A stretch of DNA of 64,000 nucleotides, taken from the NCBI GenBank assembly GCA_013166775.1, contig JABLTJ010000007.1, positions 96,001-160,000 on the forward strand. The letters run 5' to 3'. Positions 37,258 through 46,584 of this stretch are shown piece after piece (positions within the stretch are counted from its first letter, which is position 1; every line of letters begins with the position of its first letter). A program made the position numbers and the translations under genes. This stretch comes from Promethearchaeati archaeon (GTDB lineage: Archaea > Asgardarchaeota > Heimdallarchaeia > Heimdallarchaeales > Heimdallarchaeaceae). The notes below the pieces were generated by a model. That model was given only the letters and a program-made list of their open reading frames with translations. It searched no databases and was not told the origin of the DNA.

Positions 37258-39005
37258 ACCTTCAATTCAACTTCTCCAATCTTCTGGATAATTAGAAAAC
37301 AAAGCACAGTAATTATAATCAAGATACTAGCCATAGTTGCTGGTAATTGTAATGTTTGTGAGGTTATTAATTTTGATATTCCTATCGATAATGTACCGAA
37401 AACATCTCTTACTAAGAAATTAGTTGCACCAAATTCTCCTAGACTTATTGCAAAAGAAAAAATCCCTCCAACTAATATTCCTCTCATCATCATAGGTAAT
37501 TCGATTTTCCTGAAAATTCTTAGTCTGGAAGCCCCTAAGGTTGATGCTACATTTAGCAATTCGATATCTATCCTATTATAAGCAGATAATATTGATCTAG
37601 TTGCAAAAGGTACACTGATCAAAACATGTGATAGAATAATAAAAAGCCAAACAGCAGATTGGTAAATTTCTGTATTTCGATATTGAAGAAATAAACCTAT
37701 TGCTAATGTTATAGAAGATGTAGCCATAGGGAGAATAATCATGTATGAAATGAGACCTTCTGCTAGAGGTCTCCTGTATTTTCTCAAGCTCTCATATCTA
37801 TTACGTAAAACAAGTACAATCAGCAAAGATAGAACAAGAGTAATTACAGTAGCAACAACTGCAAACAGAAGCGTGTTGAGTAATAATCTTAAAGGTGAAT
37901 TGTTTAAGATATTCATATATTCGTTTGACAATAATTGTTTGTATCCCCAAAGAGATGAAACTCCTTCAGAAAAAGGCATGAAAGATTCAATTATTACAGC
38001 AAAAATTGGAGCGAAAGTAAACAAACCTATGAGTATAATTAAAAGAATAATTCCTGTAGTTCTTAGATTAGTTTTCCATTTTCTTTTTGAGAATCTAAGT
38101 TTAGTTTTTTGCAAGCCTTTTTCCTTTCCTGATGCCATTTGACGGGTTCTTCTCTCAAACCAAAGATAAAGAATTATGATTAAGGTGTTAATTAATAACT
38201 GAATTATTACTAATGAAGCTCCACCTGAAAAATTTAAAGAATCCTTCATCTGTTTGAATATCCTTACTTCAAGTGTTTGAAATCTTGCTTCCCCCAAAAA
38301 CAAAACAATGGCGAAACTATTGAACGTATAAACAAAAACAAGTAGAGCTGCAGAAATGATGTAGTTAATTATCTGTGGAAATATAATCTTTCTAAAGATT
38401 CTCCAATTATTTGCACCTAGAGATCTTGCTACTTCAATTTGATCAAAGTCCAAGCTTTCCCAAGCTGGGATTGTCATTCTTATAATAACGGATAGATTGT
38501 AGAAAACATGTGCAAATATAATTCCTTCATAGGTTCCGAATATTGAAATGAGAGAGTTCTCTGTACTGAATATATTTCTCCAAATAACATTGACCCACCC
38601 ACCTTCTCCATATGCAACAATGAATCCTAATAACACAACTATTGGGGGAAGAACAAATGGAACTGTTAGAAGATTGATTATGATTTTTCTTCCTTTAAAA
38701 TCATATTTTGCAAAGAAGTAGCTAGCTGGTACTCCTATAATCAGGCAAAAAACTGTTGAAAGTAATGCTTGAGCTAATGTGTCCCTTGCTAGAAAAATCA
38801 GATTTGTTGTATTTGAAATTGTAGAAAAAAACATGCTGAAAGAGAACTGTGAATCAGTATAAAACGCATATTGTAATATACGGAACAGAGGAATAAAAAA
38901 TAACGATAGAAGAAAAGTCCCTAATATAATTACTGCAAGAAGAATAATAAATGAATTTGTGAATTCATCTCTTGAGTACTTCTCTTTAAATTTATTCAAT
39001 ATCAT
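37254..39005 (-). CDS. thiP: Thiamine ABC transporter permease ThiP
   Basis: Two EAA loops (EVARSLGA, VASTLGA), PFVLPPIVV, AHVFYN, SLGEFGAT. Confidence 0.85.
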   Translation of the reverse strand: MILNKFKEKYSRDEFTNSFIILLAVIILGTFLLSLFFIPLFRILQYAFYTDSQFSFSMFFSTISNTTNLIFLARDTLAQALLSTVFCLIIGVPASYFFAKYDFKGRKIIINLLTVPFVLPPIVVLLGFIVAYGEGGWVNVIWRNIFSTENSLISIFGTYEGIIFAHVFYNLSVIIRMTIPAWESLDFDQIEVARSLGANNWRIFRKIIFPQIINYIISAALLVFVYTFNSFAIVLFLGEARFQTLEVRIFKQMKDSLNFSGGASLVIIQLLINTLIIILYLWFERRTRQMASGKEKGLQKTKLRFSKRKWKTNLRTTGIILLIILIGLFTFAPIFAVIIESFMPFSEGVSSLWGYKQLLSNEYMNILNNSPLRLLLNTLLFAVVATVITLVLSLLIVLVLRNRYESLRKYRRPLAEGLISYMIILPMATSSITLAIGLFLQYRNTEIYQSAVWLFIILSHVLISVPFATRSILSAYNRIDIELLNVASTLGASRLRIFRKIELPMMMRGILVGGIFSFAISLGEFGATNFLVRDVFGTLSIGISKLITSQTLQLPATMASILIIITVLCFLIIQKIGEVELKV

Positions 39006-39029
39006 TTACTTTTCTGCCTACTTCGATTC

Positions 39030-40244
39030 TTATTTTCTTCGTTTTATCAAACTGTAGCTGGTTGCTGCGAAAATCAATGATACAATCAATGCGAATAAAG
39101 AACTGAATGGAGCAATCTCTGCTTCCCAATCACTTTTCCAATCTTCTAAATTTTCCTCTATCATTGACGGTTGAAGGAGATCATTAAGGATATCAACATC
39201 ATTAGGATTTATTGCAATTTCAGAAAAGCATGTTGATATATCAGCATTTATGTTTGCTGGATACATCCAATTATTAGTTGCTATATTATCTTGAAGATCA
39301 GTACTCAAGAACCAATCAATAAACTGTTTTGCAATATTTTCATGAGGAGCATTCTTTACAAGTCCTATCCCTTCTATTTGTAACCAAGCATTTTTCATCT
39401 CTTCTTCATGCGAAACAGTTGCTTTTGATGGGGGTGAATTACCAAATCCAACACCCCATAAAGGATGACAAACATCATAAGCAGGACTTGTTCCATATGA
39501 AACCATTATTGGACGATTTTCTTCCTCTGTAGCATATAAGTCAAAAGCTGCTCCCCAACTAGAAGCTATTCTTATATCATCTGAAGCTTCCTTCCACCAA
39601 TCTCTCCAATCTTCAGCTAAAAGACCATCAAAATTAATCTCAGGATCTCCATAAACAGCTATAGTCCAAAGAAGAAAACCCAATCCCGGAGAGCTGAGTG
39701 TAGGATCTTCTACAATCAATAATTCATCGAGATTGAAATCTAAAATATCTTGAAGTGTAAGAGAAGTTAATTCAGGATTTGAAGAATCATTGATTCTACT
39801 TCTATCATACCATAGTGCGATTATTCCGTAATCATAAGGAACAACATATTTTTCAGGATCTAAATTTGTTATAAGATCAGAACTGATATTTTCAAGTATT
39901 GTGGGGGAATAAGGTTTGAGTATACCTTCGCTCTTTGCAGTATGAATGAGAACATTATCAATGCCTATAAGTATGTCAGCATTTGGATTGTCTTTTTCCA
40001 ATACAGCTTGTGTTACTACTGTGTTTGCATCATCTAATAAAACAAGACGGATATTTTCCACAGGTACTCCACTATAATTTGAAAAGCCTTCAACAAAATC
40101 GTATCCTGGATCTGCTAAAAGAGATTCATAAGTGTAAATTACTAATTCATAGCTTTGAGCATTCACAGATACCATTGAGGTTTGAGGGCTCAAAATAAAT
40201 ATGAAAAGAACCAAGAATATAGTTGTTAATACTAGTTTTCTCAT
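39030..40244 (-). CDS. thiB: Thiamine ABC transporter substrate-binding protein ThiB/TbpA with C-terminal anchor
   Basis: VIYTYES, GIDN, PYDYG, EDPTLSSPGLGFL, W..A, SYGTSPAY, QIEG, NWMYP; start ATG 40244. Confidence 0.9.
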   Translation of the reverse strand: MRKLVLTTIFLVLFIFILSPQTSMVSVNAQSYELVIYTYESLLADPGYDFVEGFSNYSGVPVENIRLVLLDDANTVVTQAVLEKDNPNADILIGIDNVLIHTAKSEGILKPYSPTILENISSDLITNLDPEKYVVPYDYGIIALWYDRSRINDSSNPELTSLTLQDILDFNLDELLIVEDPTLSSPGLGFLLWTIAVYGDPEINFDGLLAEDWRDWWKEASDDIRIASSWGAAFDLYATEEENRPIMVSYGTSPAYDVCHPLWGVGFGNSPPSKATVSHEEEMKNAWLQIEGIGLVKNAPHENIAKQFIDWFLSTDLQDNIATNNWMYPANINADISTCFSEIAINPNDVDILNDLLQPSMIEENLEDWKSDWEAEIAPFSSLFALIVSLIFAATSYSLIKRRK

Positions 40245-40292
40245 TAGTTTCAAAAAAAAGTACAACGATAGAGAATTTAAATTTTAGTATAG

Positions 40293-41141
40293 CTATATAG
40301 GAGACCTATTATCTAGAATTGCTTTGATTTCCTTGACTGATTTCTCTTTACTCAATTCAGTTAAACATTCATCCCAATTCAAATCAAGAGCTGTAATTTC
40401 TTCATAGGGAATATTTGATTTCTGAAGATTCTTTTGTAAGCTAGATTTGTTCTTAATACTGATAGTCCATTTAATTGAAGACTGATATTTTCGTATCCAA
40501 AGCAGTAGAGATGACATTGTGCGCGAAGACCCAAATTCAGGAGAGCTTACATTCACTATTGTTCCTTTCACTTTGATAATTCTACCAGGGAAACTAGCAA
40601 CATCGTCCAGATCCTTAGCATTTTCATCACAAGCTGCTAACTGGGACCCGATCTCAGGAATCCATTCATAGAAATTTTCTATTTCTTTAAGATTCATCAA
40701 GGATTCTTCTAAATGACCAAGAATTGCAGATCTTACTTCCATCGAAGGTAATTCATCAAATCCAAAACAAATATCACAGTTTTTGTAGAGTATTAACTGT
40801 GGAAGAGTTTTCTTATGTATAGAACAAATCGATCCATTTACTCTAAGTGATTTACATTTTGTACAAACGGTTCTCATTACAATATCAATTTCATCTCTAG
40901 ATGATAACATATTAGAAATACTTAGGGAAAGTGCATCTAGGTGATGATTTATTTTTTCGTTTCCAGTATCCACAATTTTCTTCTGAAGATAGGAAACAAC
41001 CACAGGTTGCTTTACACCTAGAAGCTGAGAAATCTCGTTTTGTGATCTTCCTTTATCTCTAAGTTGATGAGCAATTCTTATCCTCAATCCTGGTAAAAAT
41101 GATTTTGCAATAAATTCACACGGGAATCTCATAATAATCAC
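40293..41141 (-). CDS. thiR: HTH-ThiN fusion, ThiR-like thiamine regulator (C-terminus appears short)
   Basis: PCE...LPGLR..IA..L...SQNEI..LLGVKQPVV.YL HTH, C..C...IC..H, then ThiN-like IPEIGSQL, FPGRI, PEFG. Confidence 0.8.
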   Translation of the reverse strand: MIIMRFPCEFIAKSFLPGLRIRIAHQLRDKGRSQNEISQLLGVKQPVVVSYLQKKIVDTGNEKINHHLDALSLSISNMLSSRDEIDIVMRTVCTKCKSLRVNGSICSIHKKTLPQLILYKNCDICFGFDELPSMEVRSAILGHLEESLMNLKEIENFYEWIPEIGSQLAACDENAKDLDDVASFPGRIIKVKGTIVNVSSPEFGSSRTMSSLLLWIRKYQSSIKWTISIKNKSSLQKNLQKSNIPYEEITALDLNWDECLTELSKEKSVKEIKAILDNRSPI

Positions 41142-41262
41142 AATATGTGCACTATATATCCCACCTATTTCTAATAAAAAAGTTTCTAATCACATTTGCA
41201 TAAAGAAACTTTGATTCAATGAGAAAAGATTATAAAATAGAATTCTTCAATTATATCATATC

Positions 41263-41379
41263 ATGATAGGTCCGATTACTAAAGCATCTCTTTTATCATT
41301 AGCATTTTTACTTATCAATACCATCATTACTTATGTTGTAGTGAGGATGTTAAAATACACAGATAGGAAGATTGATTGA
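41263..41379 (+). CDS. Small single-TM protein (38 aa)
   Basis: MIGPITKASLLSLAFLLINTIITYVVVRMLKYTDRKID*; purine-rich BRE plus TTATAAAA at about 41221-41237. Confidence 0.5.
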   Translation: MIGPITKASLLSLAFLLINTIITYVVVRMLKYTDRKID

Positions 41380-41480
41380 ATCAACTAAAAATCTATAATT
41401 TTAAATTTGTTAAGTAGCAAATTCTTTAAGAAAAAGATAAATAATCACCTAAATACTTAAACATATTAGAAAATAAATGG

Positions 41481-42392
41481 TTGTTAACAATGTCCTCGAA
41501 TGAGAACCCAGCTGAAGAAAAACGTTGGTATATGGATCGTATCTTTAAATTAGCTCAAGATAGAAGATACACCACAGCTGTAGATGTCTGGGCGATTATT
41601 CTTGATGCTGTCTTTTCTAAAAGAACCTATCATAATCTTGATGGGAAGGATATGATAGGAATAACTGCAAGTGATATAGCAACAATCCTTAACATGCATT
41701 TGAGTTCAGTCTATCACAATCTAAAGATCCTTCAAGCAAAAGACGTTGATTTACTTGCAACTGAAAATCTGATAGGTTACAACGAAAAGGGAAGAAGAAT
41801 TACACAAAAAGTTTTCAGTATTCCACAGGTATATTATACTGAATATAGAAAAATCTATGAGGATCTTCAAGATTCAGGATTCTTTCCCCCACATAAAGAA
41901 TTCACTTTCTTCAATCTACTGAAAATAAGAGGAATTTTATCTCATTATGCAGCTCTTATGAATAAGGATAGAATTTTGATTAAAGAAGATTCTACAGAAA
42001 TTCATGATTGGTATAGGCAATGGTTAAATCCTCTCAAGTTGAGTCACACTAATGTTACTCCAGGAGTAATTTACAGATTTAAAAAGAAAGATATGTTAAG
42101 AATCCTCACAATTATTACTGAATTATTAGAAGAAAATAAAGATGAGTACACAGATGAAGATGAAGCGCGTGGGGAAATGCCCGTACTTTTTTCATATCTA
42201 CTATTCATGCCCTATACAGAAGATATGATGGAAAATGAATGGTTAAATAGAGAAGAATTTGAAGAAAGAATACAAGAATTATCTGAGAAACTTGAATATG
42301 AAAAGGATTTAGCAGAATGCGAAAAAGATCATGAAACATTTTTCAAATATGGTCTTTCATGTCCAATATGTGGAAAAAAAGCTGAAACATGA
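41481..42392 (+). CDS. Winged-HTH (ArsR-like) regulator with a C-terminal Zn-ribbon-like motif
   Basis: TASDIATILNMHLSSVYHNLKIL; C-terminal CEKDH...CPICG. Confidence 0.7.
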   Translation: MLTMSSNENPAEEKRWYMDRIFKLAQDRRYTTAVDVWAIILDAVFSKRTYHNLDGKDMIGITASDIATILNMHLSSVYHNLKILQAKDVDLLATENLIGYNEKGRRITQKVFSIPQVYYTEYRKIYEDLQDSGFFPPHKEFTFFNLLKIRGILSHYAALMNKDRILIKEDSTEIHDWYRQWLNPLKLSHTNVTPGVIYRFKKKDMLRILTIITELLEENKDEYTDEDEARGEMPVLFSYLLFMPYTEDMMENEWLNREEFEERIQELSEKLEYEKDLAECEKDHETFFKYGLSCPICGKKAET

Positions 42393-42397
42393 GCATT

Positions 42398-43168
42398 TTA
42401 TCCTAGCATTTGACCAGAATCTATTTTGAAAATTTGTCCCTGTATATGTTTTGAAGTAAGTAATAATTTTACCAGAGGATATATTTCATTGGGATAAAGA
42501 AGTTGTTCCAGAGGATTCTTCTTTCTATATTTCTGAACTAAATTATCATAATTTAGATTGTCTGTCTTAGCTTTTCTTTTTATTTCTTCTAAATGTCTTT
42601 CAGTCATCACATATCCAGGAGAGATAGTGTTAGTTATAATGCCATATTTTGAACCTTCATGTGCAAAGAACCAAGTCATTGCATGAACTCCAGCTTTAGC
42701 AACACCATAAGGAAGTTTTTTATCTGAGGGTTTAAAACCAGTAGTTGATCCAAAAAACACTATATTACCACCTGCTTCTGATCTCATCCATTTGTAGGTT
42801 TCACGAGCAATCACAAAAACTGAATCTAGATTCAGAGAAAGAACTTTTCTAAAATCCTCCAAAGAAATGTCCTGAATTGCTTTACTCATTAAGCTACCTC
42901 CTACAAAATTAATCATTCCTGCGATTTTTTTTACAATTATCTTAGCTTTTTCAAATGCACTGATAATACTGCTCTCAGAATTATAATCACATGGTATAAA
43001 TTCGATCTTGTATTTTTGTTCTTTCAATGATTCTGAATACCTTCTACTCATTTCTCCTCCAATACCTAGGATCCTGTAACCATCCTTCAAAAGGTTCTTT
43101 GTAATTTCACTGCCAATTCCACTTCCAGGAGCTATTATAAGAATCGTTTTCATATCTTCAATTTGCAT
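42398..43168 (-). CDS. Short-chain dehydrogenase/reductase
   Basis: APGSGIG, YGVAK, NTISPG. Confidence 0.9.
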   Translation of the reverse strand: MQIEDMKTILIIAPGSGIGSEITKNLLKDGYRILGIGGEMSRRYSESLKEQKYKIEFIPCDYNSESSIISAFEKAKIIVKKIAGMINFVGGSLMSKAIQDISLEDFRKVLSLNLDSVFVIARETYKWMRSEAGGNIVFFGSTTGFKPSDKKLPYGVAKAGVHAMTWFFAHEGSKYGIITNTISPGYVMTERHLEEIKRKAKTDNLNYDNLVQKYRKKNPLEQLLYPNEIYPLVKLLLTSKHIQGQIFKIDSGQMLG

Positions 43169-43288
43169 AAAAGCATCAAAGATACATTATTGAACTATGA
43201 ATTAAAACTTTCTTTTTACCCAATTTATATACTTACTCATCACAATATTTAAGGAAAAACCATACAAAGAGTTACAAGAGAGTTATAT

Positions 43289-43951
43289 TTGGATAGGAAA
43301 AAATTGCAAACAGAAATCATCGTCTTATCTTCTGAAGTTTCAATTCGAAAATCAATAAAACTAGCTGCTGAATTGATCGAAGAAGGGGAGATTATAGCAT
43401 TCCCAACTGATACACTCTATGGTTTAGGATGCAGTATTTTCGATGAAAATGCAATTAGAAATCTGTTTGAACTTAAATGTAGGAATTTAACTAAACCAAT
43501 CAATGCCTTAATCGGTTCAATTGAACAGCTTTCATATGTTGCAGAGAATATTCCATTAATTGTATATGAGGTAATCAAGGAATTTTGGCCAGGTGATCTA
43601 ACATTAATTCTTCAGAAAAAAAACGAGATTCCAAATATACTAACAAATGGAATGAACACAATAGGTGTGAGAATGCCTAACAATGAAGTGACATTGAGAT
43701 TGATTTGTGAAGTAGATAAACCATTAGCAACAACTAGTGCTAATATTTCTGGAAAACCAAGTATAACCAATGCTAAGCAGGTTCTTGATAATTTCAGAAA
43801 TAAAATACCACTTATTTTAGATAGTGGAGAATCAAAAATAGGAAAAGAATCTACAATAATTAGCTTAGTCACTGAACCACCATCTATTATTAGGCAAGGA
43901 TCCCTTTCAATAGAGAAATTAAAGCGAATTATTCCAAATCTAAAGGAATAG
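43289..43951 (+). CDS. tsaC: L-threonylcarbamoyladenylate synthase (TsaC/YrdC domain only)
   Basis: FPTDTLYGL, K.R...KP, FWPG, GVRMP, TSANISG, STII; no C-terminal SUA5 domain. Confidence 0.9.
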   Translation: MDRKKLQTEIIVLSSEVSIRKSIKLAAELIEEGEIIAFPTDTLYGLGCSIFDENAIRNLFELKCRNLTKPINALIGSIEQLSYVAENIPLIVYEVIKEFWPGDLTLILQKKNEIPNILTNGMNTIGVRMPNNEVTLRLICEVDKPLATTSANISGKPSITNAKQVLDNFRNKIPLILDSGESKIGKESTIISLVTEPPSIIRQGSLSIEKLKRIIPNLKE

Positions 43952-44013
43952 TAAAATTTCTATTTGAATAGAATATTTTTAAGTGTGAAACCTCTTGTTA
44001 TAAGTGGACAATA

Positions 44014-44664
44014 ATGACTTCAAAAGAAGAAATCATATTTTTCGATGTAGATACACAGAATGATTTTATGAATACTGATGGGAAGCTCTATGTTACAGGA
44101 GCTGAAAACATCAAAGAAAATCTTGGCAAGCTAACACAATATGCAAGGATGCAAGAAATAAGAATCTTAGGTTCTGTTGATTATCATTCACTCGAAGATT
44201 CTGAAATTGAATCTGAAAATCCGGATTACAGTAAGACATTTCCTCCTCACTGTATGCAGAATTCATCTGGACAAGAGAAGATAATTGAAACTAGATCTGA
44301 TATAGCAAATTGGATTGATAGTGTCAAATATTCTGAAGAAAAGATAGAGGAAATTGTCTCTAGTAAAGGTCCTATTTTCTTTAGAAAAGATAACTTTGAT
44401 TCTTTCAGTAATCCTAATTCTACAACTATACTTAAAACTCTAAAACCTAAGAAAGTTGTAGTGTATGGAGTTGCAATAGATTATTGTGTAAAAAGCGCAA
44501 TTGATGGTTTTCTAAAACTAAAGGATCAAGACATATTTCTAGTAGTTGATGCAGTAGAAGGAATCGAAGAAGAAAAATCCAAAAATTTGATCAAAGAATG
44601 GGTAGAAAAAGGTGTCCGAACAGTAACTACTGAAGGTATACTTCAAGGAGCTTTATTAGAGTAA
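44014..44664 (+). CDS. pncA: Nicotinamidase/pyrazinamidase (isochorismatase family)
   Basis: DVDTQNDF, D.H, FPPHC, K..F, GVAIDYCV. Confidence 0.85.
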   Translation: MTSKEEIIFFDVDTQNDFMNTDGKLYVTGAENIKENLGKLTQYARMQEIRILGSVDYHSLEDSEIESENPDYSKTFPPHCMQNSSGQEKIIETRSDIANWIDSVKYSEEKIEEIVSSKGPIFFRKDNFDSFSNPNSTTILKTLKPKKVVVYGVAIDYCVKSAIDGFLKLKDQDIFLVVDAVEGIEEEKSKNLIKEWVEKGVRTVTTEGILQGALLE

Positions 44665-44674
44665 TAAGCATTAG

Positions 44675-45034
44675 TTAGAATGTTAGTTGATACCAACCAT
44701 TTTTCAGCATTTCAGAAACTAGATTACCTACGTACTGCACTTTAACTCCAATTTGCTCTAATTCATCACTTATTCCGAAATTATCACTACATGCTTTACA
44801 AGCAATTACCTCTATACCTGCTATCATTAGCATACTAATCAGATCTTGGAAACCTTTATCTTCAACAGCTAGTTTTTCAGTTGGCCCCCAAAGAATTACT
44901 CGAACCTCATCCATCCATCCTTGTTTCTTAGAATTCATTGCATAAGGAAAGCTTAATTCTTCATGAACTACTGCATCAGCTGTGCTCAAAATCATAAATA
45001 CTCTGTGCATAGTCAAGGATTTTTTGTTCTTCAT
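44675..45034 (-). CDS. DsrE-family protein
   Basis: VRVILWGP, ACKACSD, VGNLVS. Confidence 0.8.
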   Translation of the reverse strand: MKNKKSLTMHRVFMILSTADAVVHEELSFPYAMNSKKQGWMDEVRVILWGPTEKLAVEDKGFQDLISMLMIAGIEVIACKACSDNFGISDELEQIGVKVQYVGNLVSEMLKNGWYQLTF

Positions 45035-45087
45035 TTAATTATTCTGGTTTTACAAAATCCATATGTAAGCGTTATTCTTGGAATAAA

Positions 45088-46443
45088 CTAATTTTCTTGA
45101 GCACTTGATTGAGGTGTTTCCTGCACGGAACTTAAACTTAATTGTTTCATTTCTTCTATCTGCTCATTCAGTGTCTGATCTAATGATGACGCTTTAGTTG
45201 TCAACCATAATATTGAGCAGAGAACTACACCCAATATACCAGATACTAGATAGACAATCGGTATTCCTGTATATTCTCCAATTACTCCAGATAACAACAT
45301 TGCTATTGGTTGAATTGCTGAAGATAAAGTTCCAAGTACACTCATTGTTCTTCCAAGTTTTTCTTGAGGGATTATAATCTGAAAAGCTGTAATCAATGAT
45401 ACATTTATCATTGGAAGTACAATAACTATGAGGAAGGTTATTGCTCCCATAAGCCAGAATTTTCCATTTACCATCCATAGTTCATTAGATGGCAGAAAAT
45501 ACAATGTAGTAAAGATTGAAAATGCCCACATTATTGCAAGATAGCTACTTAATGCCTTCTTCTTGAAACCTTTGAAGAAAGTCATTATCAAGCTTCCAAT
45601 AACCGTTCCAGCTTGTAAAAAGGCAACAACAATTGCATAATCCGCTTCAAAACCAAAATGAGTTTTAACAACGAAGAGTGGTAATAATGTCCCGAAAGGT
45701 GTAAAAAAGAAATTAACAAACATAAACATTACCAGAAGTGGAAATAAACCATTTATTCCTTTGATAGTGAGGAGAGCATCTTTGAAATCCTTGAAGAATG
45801 AGATCTTTTCTCCTTTTTCTAAAGCTGATGAAACTTTGGGAATTGTTATTAAAATTAAAGGTACTAGCGCTATAGCAAAAGTAGCGATATCCATCCAAAG
45901 AAGATGTGCATGTCGTAATAAACCACCTCCACCAATGGCAAGAAAACCCGCAGCTATTGCTGGCCCTATTATTCTCACAACACCATTTGCTAAAGAATTA
46001 ATTCCGTTCATTCTACTTAGATGTTTTTGAGGAACCATGGTTGGCATCATTGCGCCTACAGCTGTATAATGGAAAGTATCACCAATACCACGAAGTGCGA
46101 TTATTATGAAAAACCAATACAGAGTCATGTTGTTTGTGTAGAATAGTACTATCGCTGCAACTGTTGTGACAGCTATGGTTGCATCAGCTGAAAATATAAT
46201 TAATTTCCTGTTTAATCTATCAACTAATATTCCAGCTATCGGACCAAGAACTAGAAAAGGTCCAAAAGCGACGAGAGAAGAAAGACCAAGCATCAGCTCA
46301 CTTTCTGTTTCAAATGAAATCCAAAGAATAAGAACAAACTGAACTATATTGGATCCTAACATGCTAAATAGTTGACCTCCCCAAAAGAACAAGTATTGTC
46401 TGAACTTATTATCTCCTTCTTGAATATTAGCATTTAATGACAA
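45088..46443 (-). CDS. MFS efflux transporter (DHA3/Mef-like)
   Basis: GQLFSMLGS, GILVDRLNRK, RMNG, GPAIAA, LGR. Confidence 0.88.
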   Translation of the reverse strand: MSLNANIQEGDNKFRQYLFFWGGQLFSMLGSNIVQFVLILWISFETESELMLGLSSLVAFGPFLVLGPIAGILVDRLNRKLIIFSADATIAVTTVAAIVLFYTNNMTLYWFFIIIALRGIGDTFHYTAVGAMMPTMVPQKHLSRMNGINSLANGVVRIIGPAIAAGFLAIGGGGLLRHAHLLWMDIATFAIALVPLILITIPKVSSALEKGEKISFFKDFKDALLTIKGINGLFPLLVMFMFVNFFFTPFGTLLPLFVVKTHFGFEADYAIVVAFLQAGTVIGSLIMTFFKGFKKKALSSYLAIMWAFSIFTTLYFLPSNELWMVNGKFWLMGAITFLIVIVLPMINVSLITAFQIIIPQEKLGRTMSVLGTLSSAIQPIAMLLSGVIGEYTGIPIVYLVSGILGVVLCSILWLTTKASSLDQTLNEQIEEMKQLSLSSVQETPQSSAQEN

Positions 46444-46584
46444 AATAATTCCTCAAATCTTGGTTTGTGAATGATTTATGAGATATTTAAAAAAGTTGTT
46501 AACTCTGTATTGAAGAATAAAAATTCCGATTATCTTCTTTTCGATACAAATTTAAATAGAACGAAAGAAGTTATCCTGAATTAT

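Noticed and set aside
40285-40295. Pyrrolysine or stop-codon read-through at the thiR TAG
   Set aside because: Only two sense codons follow before a TAA
40245-41480. TPP riboswitch upstream of the thiamine genes
   Set aside because: No GCTGAGA...ACCTGA-type core or GC-rich stems; the space before thiB is under 50 bp; a protein regulator is present instead
45088-46443. Macrolide resistance gene (mef)
   Set aside because: Family-level resemblance only; substrate cannot be inferred
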